Made by a program: the position numbers and the translations under genes. The notes beneath the pieces are model-generated. The model did not search any database. It was not told the origin of the DNA and saw nothing but the letters and a program-made list of their open reading frames with translations. Below, in pieces: positions 57,824-64,000 of a DNA stretch of 64,000 bases (the first letter of the stretch is position 1; the number at the start of each line of letters is the position of its first letter). The DNA is taken from positions 49,577 through 113,576 of the forward strand of contig CAYUZS010000002.1 of the NCBI GenBank assembly GCA_964448705.1, given 5' to 3'. Origin of the DNA: an uncultured Gammaproteobacteria bacterium. GTDB taxonomy: Bacteria; Patescibacteriota; Microgenomatia; UBA12405.

Positions 57824-59575
57824 ATGTCTCAACGCAAGATAAAAAAGCTTCGAAACAAGGAAAAGACTGATGAGATATTAACGCAAGGTGCGGAAGTTGT
57901 TAAACATTCCATTAGAAATATTCTAAGCAAAAATAAAGTATTTTTGTTGCTAATTTCAATAGGAATATTATGCCTTTTTTTTAACGGAATAAGAGGCGAT
58001 TTTGTCTCTGACGACTATGCCACAATAATCAACAATAGTGAAATTGGAAGCCTTAATTATTTTGATGGAAATATAACACCAGTGATGTTGGCTAATTTCT
58101 TAGTCGGAAACATTTTTGGAATTCACCCGATCCCCTACCATATATTTAGTGTATTGTTTTATATTTTTACCTGTTGGACGGCATTTATATTCCTGAACTT
58201 TGTAACGTCAGAAAGAATCGCTAAAATTGCTCTAGGATTATTTGCAGGGATGTCGATACATGTAGAAGCAGTGACCTGGATATCCGGTAAGCCGTATTTG
58301 TTTATCGCCTTTTTTGTGATGTTTTCGACAATTACTTTTATTAAATATCTGGAAGAAGATAAGCCGAGATTTCTGGTATATTCTGCGATATCGTTTTTAT
58401 TGGCATTATTGGCTGATATTCCCCGTCCGTTTAGTATATTTTTGGTAATTTTCCTATATCTGGTTATGACGAATAACCGTCAATATTGGCAGAAATCAAA
58501 AAAAACGATTCCATATATAGGATTGTTATTGATAACATCTTTTTTAATAAAATTACCAACAATCACCAATAGAGTGCAATTGGTTAACGGTGGTTATAAT
58601 GCCACTGACAGCATTTTCTATAATCCATTTTTCCAATACCCAACAGGAATTCCCAAATATCTGCAGCTAATACTTTTTCCGGTAGATTTGACACTGTACC
58701 ATACAATGTATATATTGCCGGTATGGCTTAATTGGATGATATTTTTATCCTATATTGGCTTATTAATTGTTACATTCAAGAGAAACAAAAATATATTTTT
58801 TGGTTTAAGTTTTTTTCTTCTGACTTTACTGCCGTCTATGGCACCGATAAAGGTTAGTTGGCTGGTGGCAGAAAGATATGGCCTACTACCGTCATTGGGT
58901 ATAGCAATGGTGATGGCAACGGTGATAGATGATTTATGGAAAAGAAGAAAAGAAGCAGCAATAGTGGTGATGTCCGGCTGGTGCGTGTTTTATGCCGTCA
59001 GAACATATTTGAGAAATATTGATTGGCAGACAAATCATAATTTATGGGTTAATACCTGCCAAGTGTCTCCAAACAGCCATAACGCCTGGAATAATATTGG
59101 AGATGATTACGACAAATTAGCAGCCGAAGCGACAAATGATACGGAAAAAATGAATCAGTATTACAACGCCATAAAAGGTTTCTCGCAGTCGACAATTGTG
59201 AAACCAAATTATGCCGATGCCTACCATAATCGGGCAAATATTTTATATAAAATCGGCAGACTGGATTTGGCCAGAGATAGCTATGAAACTGCTTTGTACT
59301 ACACCCCAACCCTCTATCAGACATATTTAAGCTTGGTGCAGATTGATTTGCTGGAAGGGAAAATTCAACTAGCGATGGAACATGCAAACAAGGCGGTTGA
59401 AATTCAACCAAATGATCCGCAATCCGCTTATGTGGTGGCGGTTGTTTATGCCCAGGGTGGAGAGTTTGAAAAAGCGGAACAAATTTTAAAAAATATACTT
59501 CAGGCGTATCCGAATTACACCCAGGCTTCAGAAACTTTGAAACAACTTAAAGCAATAATGATTGGGAATTCTTAA
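57824..59575 (+). CDS. TMTC-like GT-C membrane protein with C-terminal TPRs (putative protein O-mannosyltransferase)
   Basis: FVSDD, HVEAVTWISG, AERYGLLPS, RNIDW..LW, TPR repeats. Confidence 0.8.
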   Translation: MSQRKIKKLRNKEKTDEILTQGAEVVKHSIRNILSKNKVFLLLISIGILCLFFNGIRGDFVSDDYATIINNSEIGSLNYFDGNITPVMLANFLVGNIFGIHPIPYHIFSVLFYIFTCWTAFIFLNFVTSERIAKIALGLFAGMSIHVEAVTWISGKPYLFIAFFVMFSTITFIKYLEEDKPRFLVYSAISFLLALLADIPRPFSIFLVIFLYLVMTNNRQYWQKSKKTIPYIGLLLITSFLIKLPTITNRVQLVNGGYNATDSIFYNPFFQYPTGIPKYLQLILFPVDLTLYHTMYILPVWLNWMIFLSYIGLLIVTFKRNKNIFFGLSFFLLTLLPSMAPIKVSWLVAERYGLLPSLGIAMVMATVIDDLWKRRKEAAIVVMSGWCVFYAVRTYLRNIDWQTNHNLWVNTCQVSPNSHNAWNNIGDDYDKLAAEATNDTEKMNQYYNAIKGFSQSTIVKPNYADAYHNRANILYKIGRLDLARDSYETALYYTPTLYQTYLSLVQIDLLEGKIQLAMEHANKAVEIQPNDPQSAYVVAVVYAQGGEFEKAEQILKNILQAYPNYTQASETLKQLKAIMIGNS

Positions 59576-60603
59576 AGAATACCTTTATTTTTTGAACAAT
59601 TTCGACAAAAAGAGTAGTGTTGATGATTCTGACGAAATTTTTTAGCCGAATCCCCGTTCCAAACAGAATTAGAATCCTGACGGACAATATTGCCGAATGA
59701 AAAACGGGAAAGAGCAGTATCGTAATCTATAAACTGAGGAATTATGCAGCAGGGAAGAATATCGCCTGAGGCAGTAATTTGTGGATATATCCATGGATAA
59801 TAGCACTGTTTATTCTTTATAACGGTGGAAGGAAATGTGACTTTAAGATGATGATTTTGGGCGTAGCTTTCTAAATTTTGAAAAATAGTCTTTATTTTAC
59901 CTGATTCATAGAGATGGTTAATGTAAGGTGAAATTTGATGAATGTTTTGAGTACTAACAGTGTCGATGTTCAGAGAATCGGCCAGATCGAATATTTTAGT
60001 TAAATGCCGAATATCTTTTAAGTTGAAGTCTAAAAGGACAACATTAATAATAATTTGAGTCGGAAGAGAATTTTTTACAACAAACTGTTTTAGAAGTTTG
60101 AGGTTTTTAACTAAAAGAGAATAATCGGCACCGGCTCTGATTTGAGAATATTTTTTAGGTATTCCGGATTCCATGGAGATTTTTATATATTTGACAGGAT
60201 ATTTTTTAAGATAGTAAAGGTGCTTTTTATTCAATAATTGAAGATTGGTGATAAAGGTGGTGGAGATTTTATTTTGAGAACAGAGACGAAGCAGTTGGCC
60301 GAAATACGGATTGAGAAGAGTTTCTCCCATGCCGGTTAGATTTATCGATATCGGTTTTAATTTTTTGATGATTAGGGATAATGATTCGGGAGTGAGAAAT
60401 TTTAACGGCTGGTGACTTTTGTTTAAGGAACACATCCGACAATGCAGATTGCAGACGGCCGATGGTTCGATTTGAATTTCCATAGGTAATGAGGCCTGTT
60501 TTGTTTTAAAGAAAGCATGAAGATAACTATTTAAAGTCGGAATAAAATGACGGGGAGGAAAGCTGAATAAATTAATAATTCCTTTTAAATATGGTGAATT
60601 CAT
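59572..60603 (-). CDS. Radical SAM protein with SPASM/twitch domain
   Basis: CNLHCRMC, GMGE, CYYPW..GDILPCC..FGNI..CRNC. Confidence 0.85.
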   Translation of the reverse strand: MNSPYLKGIINLFSFPPRHFIPTLNSYLHAFFKTKQASLPMEIQIEPSAVCNLHCRMCSLNKSHQPLKFLTPESLSLIIKKLKPISINLTGMGETLLNPYFGQLLRLCSQNKISTTFITNLQLLNKKHLYYLKKYPVKYIKISMESGIPKKYSQIRAGADYSLLVKNLKLLKQFVVKNSLPTQIIINVVLLDFNLKDIRHLTKIFDLADSLNIDTVSTQNIHQISPYINHLYESGKIKTIFQNLESYAQNHHLKVTFPSTVIKNKQCYYPWIYPQITASGDILPCCIIPQFIDYDTALSRFSFGNIVRQDSNSVWNGDSAKKFRQNHQHYSFCRNCSKNKGIL

Positions 60604-61793
60604 GAAGTGAAAATTTGTTGATAAATTTTTTCCGCCTGTTTTTCCCAGGTCCAGGATTCAGCGATAAGGGTTAAGCCGGAGGTTGATAAGTGCTGGTAAA
60701 GAGTTTTATTTTCGGACAATTTTATTATAGATTTGGCGAACTTTTTGTAGTCAAAACATGGAACTTTTATGAAACCCTGCGGATAATAAGTTTTTAGAGC
60801 GGGCAGATCAAAAGAAATACCCGGCAAACCCCAGGACAAGCCTTCAGCAGCTGCCATACCGCCGCTGTCGAAAGTAGCCGGATGAAGAATCATCTGACTG
60901 TTTTGGAAAATATTTATTTTGTCTTTTCCTTCCATAAATCCAAACATTTTAATGTTTTTGGATAAATTATGTAGTTTTATTTCATGCTTAATTTTGGTTT
61001 CTAATTGGCCGTTACCGATGAGCGCTAATTTAGCATTAGGGATTTTTTGAGTTACCAACTGCCAGATATCAATTAATTGTAAAACTCCCTTTTGAACATG
61101 AAGACGACCTAGATAACATGCTAAGTAAGGTCTTTTCGATGGATCCCGATATGACTTTGACTGTTTATATTTTTCAAAATTTACTGAATTAACTCCGCCT
61201 CTAACTATAATTACCCTCGGGCGATTAAATTTTGATTTATCGGGTTGGCTGGTTACAAAAACAATATCAGCAAAGTGTTCTGTCAGAAAACGGGACGGAA
61301 TCTGAGAGAGAAAATAAAAGAAACCTTTGAGCGATTGATGATTTTGATTATAAGGTGAATTCTGATCCAAAGGATTAGGGGCAAAAAGATAAAAAGAGGC
61401 TATCCAGATGGTTTGAGGATGAAATATTTTAATAAATAGAGCCGGTAAGAGATCAGGATAAAAATCAGATACAGATAGGACATATTGATATTTTTTAATA
61501 TCAGTCCAATGACTTAAAACGTAGGAAAGACATTTAAAAACCCGACGGATTTGGTGACGAATAAGATTCCCAAGCTGATAATGGCCGGAGTTGTTATAAA
61601 TGTCGACTTTAATTCCGGAAAAATTTGTTTGATGACGTTTGCCCAACTCAAATGATTCGGGAACACCCAAAAGAAAAAGGTCTATTTTTTTACGCCATTG
61701 TTTACATAGGTTTACCCAAATCCTGTCCCCTCCAGATAAACCATGCCCCAAGTTATTGACAGCAATAACCAATAGTTTGGACGACGAGTTCAT
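60600..61793 (-). CDS. GT4 glycosyltransferase
   Basis: SGGDRI, LGRLHVQKG, DSGGMAAAEGLSWGLP. Start reassigned to ATG 61793. Confidence 0.82.
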   Translation of the reverse strand: MNSSSKLLVIAVNNLGHGLSGGDRIWVNLCKQWRKKIDLFLLGVPESFELGKRHQTNFSGIKVDIYNNSGHYQLGNLIRHQIRRVFKCLSYVLSHWTDIKKYQYVLSVSDFYPDLLPALFIKIFHPQTIWIASFYLFAPNPLDQNSPYNQNHQSLKGFFYFLSQIPSRFLTEHFADIVFVTSQPDKSKFNRPRVIIVRGGVNSVNFEKYKQSKSYRDPSKRPYLACYLGRLHVQKGVLQLIDIWQLVTQKIPNAKLALIGNGQLETKIKHEIKLHNLSKNIKMFGFMEGKDKINIFQNSQMILHPATFDSGGMAAAEGLSWGLPGISFDLPALKTYYPQGFIKVPCFDYKKFAKSIIKLSENKTLYQHLSTSGLTLIAESWTWEKQAEKIYQQIFTS

Positions 61794-61815
61794 ATGAGTT
61801 ATTATATAGATTATT

Positions 61816-62427
61816 ATGGTAAAAATTAATTTGGGATCGGGTCCTTCAGGAGTATCCGGCTGGCGAAACTTTGATTGGGGTTTATTGCCGATGATAGGGA
61901 AATATAATTTATTATCGATATTTGTACGATTGGGTTTGTTGAAAGAATCATATTTAGTTAAATGGCCGGAGATTGAATTGGTTGATATCCGAAAAAAATT
62001 ACCTTTGGATAACAAAAGTGTTAATTTTGTTTACTGCTCCCACGTTTTGGAGCATTTTGAAAGAGAAGAAACAGCAGCAATTTTGAAAGAAGTAAAAAGA
62101 ATACTTAAAAAAAACGGTAGAATTAGAATTGTTCTTCCGGATTTAGAAAAAATTTATAAAAAGTATATTAACAGCGAAAAAATTAATGATGTTTTAGCCG
62201 GATATCCGAAAAGTGAATATAGCGGTATGTTGGGGAATATAAAAAGACATTTTGTGAGACCTCATTTGTGGATGTATACCTATTCGACTTTTAAAAAAAT
62301 GCTTCAGGAGTCAGGTTTCAAAAATATAAAAAAATCTGCTTTTAAAAAAGGTGATTTTCCAGATATTGATAAGTTAGATCTGGATATACACGAAGATTTA
62401 AGCTTTTACGTAGAAGCGGGTAATTAA
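61816..62427 (+). CDS. SAM-dependent methyltransferase (type 11-like)
   Basis: KINLGSG, YCSHVLEH, RILKKNGRIRIVLPD. Confidence 0.82.
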   Translation: MVKINLGSGPSGVSGWRNFDWGLLPMIGKYNLLSIFVRLGLLKESYLVKWPEIELVDIRKKLPLDNKSVNFVYCSHVLEHFEREETAAILKEVKRILKKNGRIRIVLPDLEKIYKKYINSEKINDVLAGYPKSEYSGMLGNIKRHFVRPHLWMYTYSTFKKMLQESGFKNIKKSAFKKGDFPDIDKLDLDIHEDLSFYVEAGN

Positions 62428-63504
62428 ACTGATGTTTTTATCGGAAAAATGGCGAAGAGCATAGGAACGACAATTTTTTTTAAGAGAAGTTAGTCGGGAT
62501 ATACGTTTAAGTTCCGAAAGAATATTTTTATAGGTAGGTTTGATTAAAATCCCAACGGAAGGATCGACAACTTCCGGGACAGCACCCAAATTGGTAGCTA
62601 AAACCGGAACACCGCAGGAAATTGCTTCCATGACTACCCTACCCCAACCTTCATCATATTTTGAAGGAAGGCAAAAAACAGAAGCCTGACGATAATAATT
62701 TTGTAATTCCGAATAGGGAACATCGCCGATAAGCTGAATGTTGGAAAGTGAAGAAGAAATTAGTTTTATTTTTGGAAATTGGGGGCCAGTGCCGACAAAT
62801 ATAAAATTGAGGTGAGGAAGTTTTTGGGCAGCACGGGCCAAAGAGAGTGCATTTTTAGGCGGTATCATCCGACCAATGAAAAGAACGGTTGGTTTAGAGG
62901 GCAGTGTCGGAGACGGAGAAAAACGATTGGTATCGATCCAATGGCGGTAGCGATGAATTTTGGAAGACTGAACACCTAATTTACGAAGCTGTTCAATGGA
63001 GCGATCGGACTGGGTTAAAACGACGTCCACCCGATTTAATATTGAAGCAATGTATTTCTGACCATTGGGTACCTGATCATAACTGGAATAAATGCTGACA
63101 AGATGAGTTTTTACTTTAAATATTTTTTGAAAGATGATTCCGACTACAGCGGCATTAAGACCATGAGAATGAATAACATCAAGGGAAGGACGATGAATAA
63201 TCTGCCATAACAGAGAGCGGATTAGTAAATAAGGAGTAAGGTAAATAAAATTTAATAATGGGTGTGACTCCAAACGATGAAAAAGGTTGTATCCAAAATA
63301 ACGGAATCTGCGGACGTAAAGATATGGGGAATGTTCATATTTTTTCCAAGACAAATGTTTGGTGGTCAAGGGAGAATAAGTGAGAACATAATTTTGATAA
63401 TGAAGAGAAGCAAGTTTGGTGGTTAGATCGTGAAGGTGGGTTTCGACACCGCCGATATTAGGCGGATAAAATGGAGTAAGGTGGAGGATTTTTATTGATT
63501 CCAT
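62398..63504 (-). CDS. GT4 glycosyltransferase
   Basis: FYPPNIGGVETH, IGRM..KN, PSKYDEGWGRVVMEA. Confidence 0.88.
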   Translation of the reverse strand: MESIKILHLTPFYPPNIGGVETHLHDLTTKLASLHYQNYVLTYSPLTTKHLSWKKYEHSPYLYVRRFRYFGYNLFHRLESHPLLNFIYLTPYLLIRSLLWQIIHRPSLDVIHSHGLNAAVVGIIFQKIFKVKTHLVSIYSSYDQVPNGQKYIASILNRVDVVLTQSDRSIEQLRKLGVQSSKIHRYRHWIDTNRFSPSPTLPSKPTVLFIGRMIPPKNALSLARAAQKLPHLNFIFVGTGPQFPKIKLISSSLSNIQLIGDVPYSELQNYYRQASVFCLPSKYDEGWGRVVMEAISCGVPVLATNLGAVPEVVDPSVGILIKPTYKNILSELKRISRLTSLKKNCRSYALRHFSDKNISLITRFYVKA

Positions 63505-64000
63505 GTTTGCCTGTTTATCGGTCTTAAGAGACCTAAATATTTTTTAATCGTGATAAAAATATAAACTACAACCGAGAGAAAGCAGGCAATCGGGTGAAAG
63601 AACCAGGCAATATCCGGTTTTTTAAAAAAGCCCCGACAGGCATCAATAAAGGGAGGAATTATAAACAGACTGTAAAAGACAAAGTATGGCACCCGATTTT
63701 GAGTTTGCCATTGATATTTTCGAAATGGTATATAGTAGTAATAATCCGTTAAGCGGCGGCTTTGCTTTTTAATAAATTTTTTTAAAGAACTTTCGCAAAA
63801 AGTGTGAATAATGCCAACTTTAACTTTAGCAAAATACAAAGGTTTGGGAGCCATTGCCAGCAAGTCTATATCAAATAGATAATCACCTGTAAAGAATTTG
63901 ATTAAAAATGTTTTTCGAAAAATAGTTCCGTTTGCCCCGATAGTTGGGAGATGTTGATTGCTATCGATACATAATTTTAGATAATGAGGAAAGTCAGTTT
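63492..64000 (-). CDS. GT2 glycosyltransferase, C-terminal part (start lies beyond the window)
   Basis: The frame is open to the window edge and reads LPTIGANGTIFR...YLFDID..., followed by C-terminal hydrophobic helices. Confidence 0.6.
   Translation of the reverse strand, partial: TDFPHYLKLCIDSNQHLPTIGANGTIFRKTFLIKFFTGDYLFDIDLLAMAPKPLYFAKVKVGIIHTFCESSLKKFIKKQSRRLTDYYYYIPFRKYQWQTQNRVPYFVFYSLFIIPPFIDACRGFFKKPDIAWFFHPIACFLSVVVYIFITIKKYLGLLRPINRQTWNQ

Noticed and set aside
1591-63098. Many 60-125 aa ORFs in the track that lie antisense or out of frame within longer genes (e.g. 11039-11353, 11622-11924, 13551-13859, 32222-32599, 59049-59411)
   Set aside because: They are nested in well-supported genes and have no recognisable motifs; treated as shadow ORFs.
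1-64000. tRNA, rRNA, IS/transposase, integrase, prophage or reverse-transcriptase (DGR/retron) genes
   Set aside because: No such motifs were recognised. Intergenic gaps are mostly under 100 bp, and the larger ones are explained by the T-box, the repeats or the read-through region.

Overview
AT-rich bacterial DNA in the standard genetic code (TGA is used as a stop). Compact overlapping genes, an alpha2-type GlyRS, a short RecO and DUF4012 suggest a Patescibacteria/CPR genome, probably Microgenomates-like; this taxonomy is an inference. 1-10.9 kb is a division/cell-wall (dcw) cluster (rsmH, ftsL-like, PBP, murE, mraY, ftsW). The usual murF and murD positions instead hold an ATE/Bpt-like aminoacyl-tRNA transferase, an Mpl-like ligase, an NlpC/P60 peptidase, a LysW-like carrier ending in Lys, a PLP fold-II enzyme and an ATP-grasp ligase. 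10.9-13.6 kb holds glycyl-tRNA synthetase behind a very compact Gly T-box riboswitch, a two-gene insert and recO. 13.6-64 kb is a roughly 50 kb surface-glycan locus with many GT2/GT4/GT-C enzymes, manC, galE, an AsnB-like amidotransferase, wzx, wzm/wzt, methyltransferases, radical SAM enzymes and a TMTC-like TPR protein. The best candidates for new biology are three. (1) An NYN/LabA ribonuclease gene inserted between wzm and wzt, whose 3' end is overlapped by a predicted ~57-nt antisense structured RNA with a perfect TTGACA-17-TATAAT promoter and a U7 terminator. (2) The rewired dcw cluster. (3) The minimal T-box. Also seen: 8-bp-register repeat tracts, many apparently leaderless genes, and a nonsense-interrupted GT-C gene. 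All calls come from reading motifs by eye; no searches were run.
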